In this document: positions 29,240 through 37,754 of the stretch, one piece after another | How the letters are laid out: each line of letters begins with the position of its first letter | Position numbering within the stretch: the stretch's first letter is position 1 | Assembly (NCBI GenBank): GCA_963775465.1 | Contig: CAVZIW010000008.1 | Location: forward strand, 32,001 to 96,000 | DNA: 64,000 nucleotides | Reading direction: 5' to 3' | From: Candidatus Bathyarchaeota archaeon | GTDB taxonomy: Archaea; Thermoproteota; Bathyarchaeia; Bathyarchaeales; Bathycorpusculaceae | Notes under the pieces: generated by a model | Seen by the model: only the letters and a program-made list of their open reading frames with translations | Databases searched by the model: none | Told to the model about the DNA's origin: nothing | Program-made: the position numbers and the translations under genes

Positions 29240-31683
29240 GTAAAGTTCTTTTAACTACGGAAGAGGCAAAGAAAGCTAATATCGATGAACTGCTCCGCAG
29301 ACTTTCTGCAGGTAGGGAAGGTCTTTCTTCCTCAGAAGCTGAAGAAAGACTTGTACGATATGGTCCTAATGAAATTCAGGAGAAAAAAACTAACCCGCTG
29401 CTAAAGTTTCTGCGCTATTTTTGGGGTCCAATTCCTTGGATGATTGAGGCAGCAGTAATAATGTCAGCTGTCATCCAACGATGGCCTGATTTTGCAATAA
29501 TTTTAACATTACTATTAGTCAACGCTATAGTAGGTTCTTGGCAGGAACGCAAAGCAGGAAACGCCATTGACTTATTGAAACAAAGGCTAGCCATAAAAGC
29601 GAGAGTCCTGCGGGACAGAAAATGGCAAGAAATGCCGGCAGAAAAACTAGTGCCAGGCGACATTGTTCGATTACGTTTGGGAGAAATTATTCCCGCAGAT
29701 GTCAAAATAGTTGAAGGAGATTACCTCTTAACTGATGAATCTGCTCTAACAGGTGAATCGCTCCCTGTTGAGAAGCATCTCTCCGACATAGGATACGCAA
29801 GTTCAATTGTCAAACAAGGTGAAATGAACGCGGTTGTTGTAAATACCGCTGCAAGAACTTTTTTCGGTAAGACTGCCAAACTTGTGGAACAAGCCCGAAC
29901 ACCTAGCCACTTCCAAAAAGCCATCGGAAAAATAGGTGACTACCTGATTTTCCTGGCGATTGGACTCGTATTAATTATCGCTGTGGCATCGATTCTTCGT
30001 GGTCAAAACATTTTAGACATTATTCAATTTTCATTGATTTTAACTGTTGCTGGAATACCTGCGGCTCTCCCTGCGGTTTTGTCAGTAACTATGGCTATAG
30101 GTGCTATTGCCCTCGCTAAAAAGGAAGCGATAGTTAGCAAATTGGTTGCAATTGAAGAAATGGCGAGCATGGACGTGTTATGCTCAGATAAGACAGGTAC
30201 TATAACTGAGAATTCTCTAACTATGGGCGGAACAAAACAATACGGTGAATTCAAAGAAAACGACATACTGTTAGCTAGTGCACTTGCTTCACGCGAAGAA
30301 GATCAAGATCCGATTGATAAAGCAATCTTTGCAAAAACAAAGACTTACCCCGCTATTTCTGATCAACTTAACCACATTAAAGCGAAGAGTTTTAAACCCT
30401 TTGATCCAGTCATCAAGAGAACTGAAGCAACTGTGCAAGAAGATGACGGAACACAATTTAAGGTTTCAAAAGGCGCCCCTCAAGTGATTTTATCATTGAT
30501 TGAAGATAAGGAATCAATTAGCGCCAAATTGGCGGAAGATGTTGACGAATTTGCTAAAAAAGGATATAGAGCTCTTGGTGTGGCTCGAACTAACAGAATC
30601 AATAAATGGCAATTTATGGGCTTAATTGCTTTATTTGATCCACCGAGAGCGGATTCTGCCCAAACAATAAAAACTGCCCAATCGATGGGTGTTGAAGTGA
30701 AGATGGTTACAGGCGATCATGTAGCTATCGCTAGAGAAATATCGTCCGAAGTAAATTTGGGAACTAACATTGTTCTTCCTGATGTTCTTATGGGACCGCA
30801 TGAAAAAGACTCGCAAGAAGCAGTTGAAAAAGCTGAAGGGTTTGCAGAGGTCTTTCCTGAACACAAGTATCATATTGTCGAACTCCTCCAAAATAGTGGA
30901 CATATTGTAGGCATGACTGGCGATGGTGTTAATGATGCTCCTGCTTTAAAGAAAGCTAATGCGGGAATTGCTGTAGAGGGCGCCACCGACGCTGCAAAAT
31001 CAGCGGCAGATATTGTTCTAACAAAACCAGGTCTCTCTGTCATAATTGACGCTATAAAGGAAAGCCGCAAGATTTTCCAGCGCATGACTAACTATTGTAC
31101 TTATCGAATTGCTGAAACTATCAGGATTCTTCTTTTTATGACTGCATCAATTCTCGTTTTTCAGTTTTTCCCAATTAGTGCTCTGATGCTTGTTTTGCTA
31201 GCACTTCTAAATGATTTGCCAATAATGACCATAGCTTATGATAGAGTGAAATATTCAAATAAACCTGAAAAATGGGACATGCGAACTCTGTTGGGAATAG
31301 CAACGTTTCTTGGTGTAATTGGGGTCTTCTCAACTTTTGGGATTCTTTATATCGGATTAGTTGTGCTGAAGTTAGACCCTCTTGTGCTTCAATCTTTCAT
31401 ATATCTTAAGCTTGCAGTGGCGGGAAATATGACTGTATTTGTCGCGAGAACAAAAGGTCACTTTTGGTCTGTGAAACCGGCGAAGCAGCTTCTTTTTGCC
31501 TCCATAGCTGTTCAATTAACTGCTCTAATAATTACTGTATATGGGATTTTGCTTCCTGCAATGGGTTGGGGACTTGCTGCTCTTGTTTGGGGTTACGCGT
31601 TTACACTTTTCTTTATAACTGACATTGCAAAAGTAGGGCTATATAAACTACTGGATCACACTGGCATAAAGTTCCATAATTAA
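29236..31683 (+). CDS. Plasma-membrane proton-efflux P-type ATPase (P3A)
   Basis: FWGPIPWMIE, LTGES, CSDKTGT, PFDPV.KRT, KGAPQ, TGDGVNDAPALKKA, ALLND. Confidence 0.92.
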   Translation: MSKVLLTTEEAKKANIDELLRRLSAGREGLSSSEAEERLVRYGPNEIQEKKTNPLLKFLRYFWGPIPWMIEAAVIMSAVIQRWPDFAIILTLLLVNAIVGSWQERKAGNAIDLLKQRLAIKARVLRDRKWQEMPAEKLVPGDIVRLRLGEIIPADVKIVEGDYLLTDESALTGESLPVEKHLSDIGYASSIVKQGEMNAVVVNTAARTFFGKTAKLVEQARTPSHFQKAIGKIGDYLIFLAIGLVLIIAVASILRGQNILDIIQFSLILTVAGIPAALPAVLSVTMAIGAIALAKKEAIVSKLVAIEEMASMDVLCSDKTGTITENSLTMGGTKQYGEFKENDILLASALASREEDQDPIDKAIFAKTKTYPAISDQLNHIKAKSFKPFDPVIKRTEATVQEDDGTQFKVSKGAPQVILSLIEDKESISAKLAEDVDEFAKKGYRALGVARTNRINKWQFMGLIALFDPPRADSAQTIKTAQSMGVEVKMVTGDHVAIAREISSEVNLGTNIVLPDVLMGPHEKDSQEAVEKAEGFAEVFPEHKYHIVELLQNSGHIVGMTGDGVNDAPALKKANAGIAVEGATDAAKSAADIVLTKPGLSVIIDAIKESRKIFQRMTNYCTYRIAETIRILLFMTASILVFQFFPISALMLVLLALLNDLPIMTIAYDRVKYSNKPEKWDMRTLLGIATFLGVIGVFSTFGILYIGLVVLKLDPLVLQSFIYLKLAVAGNMTVFVARTKGHFWSVKPAKQLLFASIAVQLTALIITVYGILLPAMGWGLAALVWGYAFTLFFITDIAKVGLYKLLDHTGIKFHN

Positions 31684-31918
31684 AAGCATGGAACTTCTCA
31701 AAAATAATAGCTTGTTTAACTGAATAGTAAGTGCAAGGAATTTGAAAACCTTCTTTTTACTTTTAGTATCTTGAATTTTTCACTTCTAGTGCCATCAACT
31801 ACCTGATTTATTTATCAGTCTATAAAGTAACTATCTAACACACAAACCAATCTTGTATCACTGGCATCAGGGTTATGTTTAAGAAGATAATCAATTTATT
31901 TTTAGAAATTGATGAGTA

Positions 31919-32824
31919 ATGAGAATAGGTTATCCTTGCATAAATCGAACAATTGACTGCACTGCAAACAGCACTTTTCGTCTAAAATCTTACTCTGAAA
32001 CCCGTCTTAAAGATTCAATAAAGAATAACCTATCATGTTTGCGAAAAATTCTACAGTTCAATCTTGAACACAGACTATTATTTTTTAGAATTTCTTCAGA
32101 TTTGGTGCCCTTTGCCTCTCATCCAATAAGCAAATTCAACTGGCAAACTTATTTTCAAGAAGATTTTGAGGAAATCGGCGCATTTATTATTAAAAATAGA
32201 ATGCGTATTTCGATGCATCCAGACCAGTTTACTTTAATTAACTCCATTAAACAAGAAATCTTCGAAAGAAGCAAAAAAGAGCTCATTTATCACGCCGAAA
32301 TTTTTGATTTGATGGAACTTGATAAATCAGCCAAAATTCAAATACATGTCGGCGGCGCATACGGAGACAAACAGAAAAGTATAGAGAGGTTCATAAAAAG
32401 ATTCAATGAACTCGATGATTCAGTAGTTCAGCGTTTAGTAATTGAGAATGACGATAAGCTGTACGACTTAAACGACTGTCTAAAAATAAATGCGGAAATC
32501 CACATTCCCATTCTTTTCGATAACTTTCACAATAAACTTCATAATTCAGCAACCCCGATAAAACATGAGTCTTTTAAGCTTGCTATGAAGACATGGAATG
32601 AAAAAACAGATGGGATTCCAATGGTTGATTATAGCTCTAAAAAAGACAACGGGTCGCCCAGGCAACACGCAGAGACAATAAACATTGAAGATTTCGACTT
32701 ATTTTTGAAACAAACTATTCCCTTTGATTTTGATGTGATGCTAGAGATTAAAGATAAAGAAAAAAGCGCCATCAAAGCAGTTGAATTGGCAATCAGAGAT
32801 GAGCGAGTGAAAAAATTCTTTTAA
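31919..32824 (+). CDS. uvsE: UV damage endonuclease
   Basis: RIGYPCIN, FFRISS...PFASH, SMHPDQF, IHVGG.YGDK, LVIEND, MLEIKDKE. Confidence 0.93.
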   Translation: MRIGYPCINRTIDCTANSTFRLKSYSETRLKDSIKNNLSCLRKILQFNLEHRLLFFRISSDLVPFASHPISKFNWQTYFQEDFEEIGAFIIKNRMRISMHPDQFTLINSIKQEIFERSKKELIYHAEIFDLMELDKSAKIQIHVGGAYGDKQKSIERFIKRFNELDDSVVQRLVIENDDKLYDLNDCLKINAEIHIPILFDNFHNKLHNSATPIKHESFKLAMKTWNEKTDGIPMVDYSSKKDNGSPRQHAETINIEDFDLFLKQTIPFDFDVMLEIKDKEKSAIKAVELAIRDERVKKFF

Positions 32825-33004
32825 ACGCAAAAAGTTGTCTGAAGCCAGATCTCAATAAATTTCCGATAGGTTTTACTCATTTCCAATAATTCTTTTCACC
32901 AACATCTGAGTAATTAGCCAAAAAAAGTTGGGTTTACAGATTTGTTTTTAAATGGTAATTTATAATTTAGAGTAACATATTTTCACTGAATTTTGGAATA
33001 AACA

Positions 33005-34966
33005 ATGGGCACATGCGAGGAGAAACCAGAAAAAAAGCTGACAATCGGCGAAGAAGAACATAATCAGCAAGTGCTGGTTGGGTTCGCGGTATGGTTGGGT
33101 ATAACAATCCTTGTCAGTGGCTCTTTGGACTTGTTTGCTCAAGGTGTGCCACTTGGATTTACTGTACCTTTACTGAATATTCCTGCAACTTTATCCATGC
33201 TTTTCTATTACGTCGCAATCTTAACTGCGGCAATCTACATAGGAGTTATCGGCTTAAAAGAACTCATAATTGAAAGACAATTTAGCGTTGAGTTCTTGAT
33301 GGCAGTTGCAGGTTTAGGAGCCCTCTACCTAGATTACCGCTTTGAAGCCGCAACGGTACTCTTCCTATACGGTTTAGCTGAATACTTTGAAGGCTATATA
33401 CAAAGCAGAGCAAAAAGAACTGTAGAGAAAATATCCAAAGTAATCCCCGAAAAAGCTCGCGTATTGAGCGCTGGCACCGAAAAAAATGTAGATGTTAACC
33501 AGGTCGAGATAGGTGAGGTTCTGCTTATAAGGCCCGGCGAAAGAATCCCTCTAGACGGCAACGTAATCGAAGGCTTTTCCCACGTTGACCAAGCTTTAGT
33601 CACTGGAGAGTCGGTACCCGTGCCAAAAGTAGTTAACGATTGTGTCTTTGCTGGAACTTTAAATGCAACCGGAGCGATCAAAGTATCTGTTACCAAAAAA
33701 GCCACGGAAACCTTGGTTTCTCGCATTGTTCAACTCGTTGTGGAGTCACAGAAAAGAAAAGCAACAATAGAACGCTTAGTCGACAGATTTGCAAAAGTCT
33801 ATGTTCCCATCGTAATTCTGCTTGCCGTCTTTACGGCCGTTGGTTTGCCCTATCTTTTGGGGGGGAGTTTTCAAACGTGGTTTTACCGCTCTCTGATTCT
33901 GCTGGTTGTTTCTTGTCCAAGCGCCTTTATAATTTCAGTTCCAGCAACCGTTTTTATAGCCATAACCATAGCTGCCAAACGCGGTGTAATCATAAAAGGC
34001 GGAATTTTCATAGAAAAACTAGCCAAAGTCAAAAAAGTTGTTTTCGACAAGACAGGAACATTAACCCTTGGAAGACAAGCAGTACATGAAATTCGAAGAG
34101 TAGACATTTCAAAAGCTGAGGATGAAGCCATAACCTACGCTGCCGCTCTTGACCAGTTTTCCAACCACCCCATCGCCCAAGCTATCGTGCGAAAGGCGGT
34201 CGAACGCAATATTGACCTAAGTAAATTAAAAGTCACAGATGTAGTCGAAGTTCCAGGCAAAGGAATCGCGGGTTCAGTTAATGGCAAACAAGTTGCAATT
34301 GGCAACTTAGCATTCATGCGTGAATTAGGTTGCAACTGTACAGAAGCTTTTGAGATTACTGAAGGAGACGTACACACAGCAGTTTGTGTTTCCGTGGGCA
34401 AAGTTGGGCTGGCGACAGTTTGCGTTGTAGATCAAGTGCGTGAAGATGCACTGCGAGCCGTTCATTCGCTAAAGAAAGAGGGCATTAAAACTGTGATGTT
34501 AACCGGAGACAGAACTGAAATCGCCAATGACACAGCCTCATCACTAGGTATCGAAGAAGTCCATTCGGAGCTGTTTCCTGAAGATAAACTTCAATGTATT
34601 GAGGATATGAAGGGTAAAAACGGCTTAGTAGCAATGGTTGGCGACGGAGTAAATGATGCTCCAGCGTTAGCAGCATCAGATGTTGGAATAGCGATGGGTG
34701 CACACGGAGTAGACGTCGCGTTAGAATCAGCAGATGTGGTGCTTGTGAAAGATGAACTTGCCCAAATTCCGTACCTTCTTAAACTAAGTGAGAAAACTAT
34801 GGTTATCGCAAAACAAAACATCGCCGCATCTTTAATTATTAAACTGCTTTTAGGCGCTTTAGGTTTAATGGGATTAACCCCTCTGTGGTTCACAGTTGCT
34901 TCAGGAGATGATGGAGTAACCATGCTGCTGCTGCTAAACACACTTCGCCTTGAAAGAATAAAGTAG
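33005..34966 (+). CDS. Heavy-metal-translocating P1B ATPase (Zn/Cd-like)
   Basis: TGES, SCPSA, FDKTGT, SNHP, GDGVNDAPALA; no N-terminal HMA domain. Confidence 0.9.
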   Translation: MGTCEEKPEKKLTIGEEEHNQQVLVGFAVWLGITILVSGSLDLFAQGVPLGFTVPLLNIPATLSMLFYYVAILTAAIYIGVIGLKELIIERQFSVEFLMAVAGLGALYLDYRFEAATVLFLYGLAEYFEGYIQSRAKRTVEKISKVIPEKARVLSAGTEKNVDVNQVEIGEVLLIRPGERIPLDGNVIEGFSHVDQALVTGESVPVPKVVNDCVFAGTLNATGAIKVSVTKKATETLVSRIVQLVVESQKRKATIERLVDRFAKVYVPIVILLAVFTAVGLPYLLGGSFQTWFYRSLILLVVSCPSAFIISVPATVFIAITIAAKRGVIIKGGIFIEKLAKVKKVVFDKTGTLTLGRQAVHEIRRVDISKAEDEAITYAAALDQFSNHPIAQAIVRKAVERNIDLSKLKVTDVVEVPGKGIAGSVNGKQVAIGNLAFMRELGCNCTEAFEITEGDVHTAVCVSVGKVGLATVCVVDQVREDALRAVHSLKKEGIKTVMLTGDRTEIANDTASSLGIEEVHSELFPEDKLQCIEDMKGKNGLVAMVGDGVNDAPALAASDVGIAMGAHGVDVALESADVVLVKDELAQIPYLLKLSEKTMVIAKQNIAASLIIKLLLGALGLMGLTPLWFTVASGDDGVTMLLLLNTLRLERIK

Positions 34967-35154
34967 CCAAAAATTTGAGAAGTTTAGTGATGCCTTATAA
35001 ACCAAAATTACTTTTTGTTGTAGCATTCGAGAGGTATTTTTAACGCACACAACCACAGTTCTGCTTTTAAAGCGGTGCAGGTGCCAATTTATCCCAGAAG
35101 CTTTAAGAGTCTATCATTTAGCATTTTCTAAAGACAAACAAGGAACGACCTACA

Positions 35155-36033
35155 TTGAAATTCGGTATAATGACGCGGAATCCAGAGGCATGGAGTAGCA
35201 CCCAAGTCCGAGAAGCCCTTACAAAACGAGGCATCGCCTATGAATGCTTCACTTTCCCAAGACTTGTTGCCCGCTTATCATACAAACCATACTTCAAAGT
35301 CAACAACATAAGTATCCTTGAAGACTTGGACGCGCTGATCATACGCCCAATCGGACGAGGCTCACTTGAAGAACTCGTTTTTAGAATGGATATGCTCTAC
35401 AAACTCGAACGACAAGGATTCTACATGGTGAACCCGCCAAATGCAATCGAGCACTGCGTAGACAAATACGACATTCTTGCAACACTTGAAGATGTCGGCG
35501 TGCCAGTTCCACGTACACTAGCTACCGAAAGCGTAAACGAAGCCATAAAAGCTTTCCACGAACTCGGCGGCGACGTTGTTGTAAAACCTATCTTTGGATC
35601 CCGTGGACAAGGAGCAACACGCATTAACGACATAGATATTGCCGACACAATCTTCAAAGCCATAACGTTCCATCATGGGGTTATTTATATGCAAGAATTT
35701 GTCGAACATGGATTCTCAGACGTACGTGCATTCGTTTTAGGCGATCGAGTGATTTCTTCGATGCGCCGAGTAGCCCAAGGTTGGAAAACAAATTACAGTC
35801 GAGGAGCAAAACCATCGCCTGCAGAAATAAGCCACGAATTCAAAGAATTAGCGATCAAAGCATCCCAAGCCGTGGGGTGTAAAGTTGCGGGCGTAGACAT
35901 CCTCGAAGGTCCTGATGGACCAAAAATCGTAGACGTGAACAGTCAGCCTGGATGGAAGGGACTGCAAGCCGTTGCACAAGTGAACATTGCCGAAGAAATT
36001 ATAAACTTTATTTTAAAGGAACTCAAAAAATAG
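35155..36033 (+). CDS. RimK-family ATP-grasp alpha-L-glutamate ligase (MptN/CofF-like)
   Basis: DK, VPVPRT, VVKPIFGSRGQG, QEFV, WKTN, AGVDI, VNSQPGW. Confidence 0.88.
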   Translation: MKFGIMTRNPEAWSSTQVREALTKRGIAYECFTFPRLVARLSYKPYFKVNNISILEDLDALIIRPIGRGSLEELVFRMDMLYKLERQGFYMVNPPNAIEHCVDKYDILATLEDVGVPVPRTLATESVNEAIKAFHELGGDVVVKPIFGSRGQGATRINDIDIADTIFKAITFHHGVIYMQEFVEHGFSDVRAFVLGDRVISSMRRVAQGWKTNYSRGAKPSPAEISHEFKELAIKASQAVGCKVAGVDILEGPDGPKIVDVNSQPGWKGLQAVAQVNIAEEIINFILKELKK

Positions 36034-37032
36034 TCATTTGCCCGAAAGAATCGTAGTATATGGGTCCTGAGCTTCAATAGGAAATCGCGTTTCCTTTCCC
36101 TCTCTTATTATGATACGATCTTGATTTTCTGTAAATTGCCCTAGAAAACATGCACTATACCCAAATCTCTTCAAGGCAGCTTCGACTTTTCCTTGAGCTG
36201 AGGGTGAAACGGATGCTAAAATCGTTCCCGTTGAAGACATTGCAAGCAGTTGTTCATCACTTAGATCAAAGTGATTTCGCAAGATTAAGATCTCTTTGGT
36301 CAACGGCAACTTTTCCCAATACAACTTAAAACCCATATTTGATGCCTGCGACAATTCGTTTAGCGCCGCCACAAAACCGCCTTCCGTTGCATCATGCATT
36401 GCATGCACACCTTCTATTTTTGCAAGTTCAGTTGCTTCTTTTACGCAACTTTGCATATAAACTAGTTTAGTAAGCTCTTCTTGTCTGTTAGCGCCGAAGA
36501 GTTCCTGTGCTTTTTCTATGTGGGTAAGAGAGAAGTTTATGATTGTTTCTAAACCAAGCGGTTTAACGCATAAAATCAGGTCGTGTTGTTTTGCGTTTCC
36601 AGGTGTAATCAACTTTTTAGGTTCTACGGTTCCGTAAATGGTGCAGACTCCGAGCATGTCTGTTAGGCTTCCGTACATACCTGTGTGTCCACGAACGATG
36701 GCAATACCCAATTCGTCGGCGGCTTTGCATGTTTGTTCCATGATTTTTTGGAAAACTTCAGGTTTTGTTCTGATTGGTCCAAGGAGGTTGATGGTGCAGA
36801 ATTCTGGTTTAGCACCAAAGAGCGCCACATCGGATGCAGCATAGTTAATCATTAACCATCCAAACCACTCTTCAGGTACCCCAGTGCAAGGGTCTGTTGC
36901 GACAGCTACGTACTTTCCATGTAAGAGATGGACTCCTGCATCATACCCTATTCTGGGTGGAACGATGACTCGGAAATCTATCTTTATGCAATCCAGCATT
37001 TTTTGGAGTTCTTTACCAGCAAGTTTGCCCAA
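36034..37032 (-). CDS. AIR synthase (PurM/ThiL/HypE) superfamily protein
   Basis: MGKL..., G.DA, TDP, N..SDVA..GA.P, GHT, AMHDATEGG. Confidence 0.85.
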   Translation of the reverse strand: MGKLAGKELQKMLDCIKIDFRVIVPPRIGYDAGVHLLHGKYVAVATDPCTGVPEEWFGWLMINYAASDVALFGAKPEFCTINLLGPIRTKPEVFQKIMEQTCKAADELGIAIVRGHTGMYGSLTDMLGVCTIYGTVEPKKLITPGNAKQHDLILCVKPLGLETIINFSLTHIEKAQELFGANRQEELTKLVYMQSCVKEATELAKIEGVHAMHDATEGGFVAALNELSQASNMGFKLYWEKLPLTKEILILRNHFDLSDEQLLAMSSTGTILASVSPSAQGKVEAALKRFGYSACFLGQFTENQDRIIIREGKETRFPIEAQDPYTTILSGK

Positions 37033-37584
37033 TTACAAATACGCTCGCAATACTTTGCTTTTCTGCAACAAGTAAATTACGAATCCGCTTATTACCAGTT
37101 CGGGGACTAAGTAACTACCGTTATAAACAGTTGAGTAAATGAATGGGTTCAGGGTTGGAGCTTCTATGGGTGCCCAATAGACTACGCCTGCTATAAAATG
37201 CATCACGAATCGACCAGAAATGCCTACAGCTGCACCTGCAAAGGAGTATTTTTGAAAGAGTCCTGCTAAGCCTAGGGCACCAAAAGCCAAAGGATAGTCG
37301 AGCAGTAACTGCACGGGGTTAATAACGTAGGGCAAAAGGGCGAGTTGGATGAACCCATACAAAACGCCTGCAGCTGCACCTACTTTGGGACCTCTCCTAA
37401 GTGCTAACCAAAGAATCGGTACCATCGAAGCAGCAGTTATGGAACCACCCTGTGGCAGAGTGTAGACAACAATTAAGCTTAAAGCGGTTGCCAACGCAAT
37501 AAAAATTGCGCTTTCAGCTAAAACTTTTGGGTTTCTAAAAGAATTTGGGTGTTTATATTCACTTGTTTTTGTTGCGCTGGACAT
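37033..37584 (-). CDS. thiT: ECF-type thiamine transporter S component
   Basis: LPQGGSIT..SMVP, QLLLDYPLAF, RF..HFIAGV..W, YNGSY; TPP riboswitch directly upstream. Confidence 0.92.
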   Translation of the reverse strand: MSSATKTSEYKHPNSFRNPKVLAESAIFIALATALSLIVVYTLPQGGSITAASMVPILWLALRRGPKVGAAAGVLYGFIQLALLPYVINPVQLLLDYPLAFGALGLAGLFQKYSFAGAAVGISGRFVMHFIAGVVYWAPIEAPTLNPFIYSTVYNGSYLVPELVISGFVIYLLQKSKVLRAYL

Positions 37585-37587
37585 GTT

Positions 37588-37686
37588 TTTCCCTCCGCCA
37601 GTATTACCTGGTTCAGGTTCCTAAGGGTCGACACCAAAACAGGCGTCCTCTCAGCCAGGTCACCTTTTCCCAGCTCCCCAAGAACT
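37588..37686 (-). promoter_or_regulatory. TPP riboswitch
   Basis: Reverse complement GGGGAGC...GCTGAGAGG...GACCCTTAGGAACCTGAACCAGGTAATACTGGCGGAGGGAA matches the THI-box consensus. Confidence 0.93.
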
Positions 37687-37754
37687 AAGGGGATAATGTT
37701 TTTAGGTTATATTTTAGTTTTCCTATCACCATCACTACCGGTTGGATTGATAAC

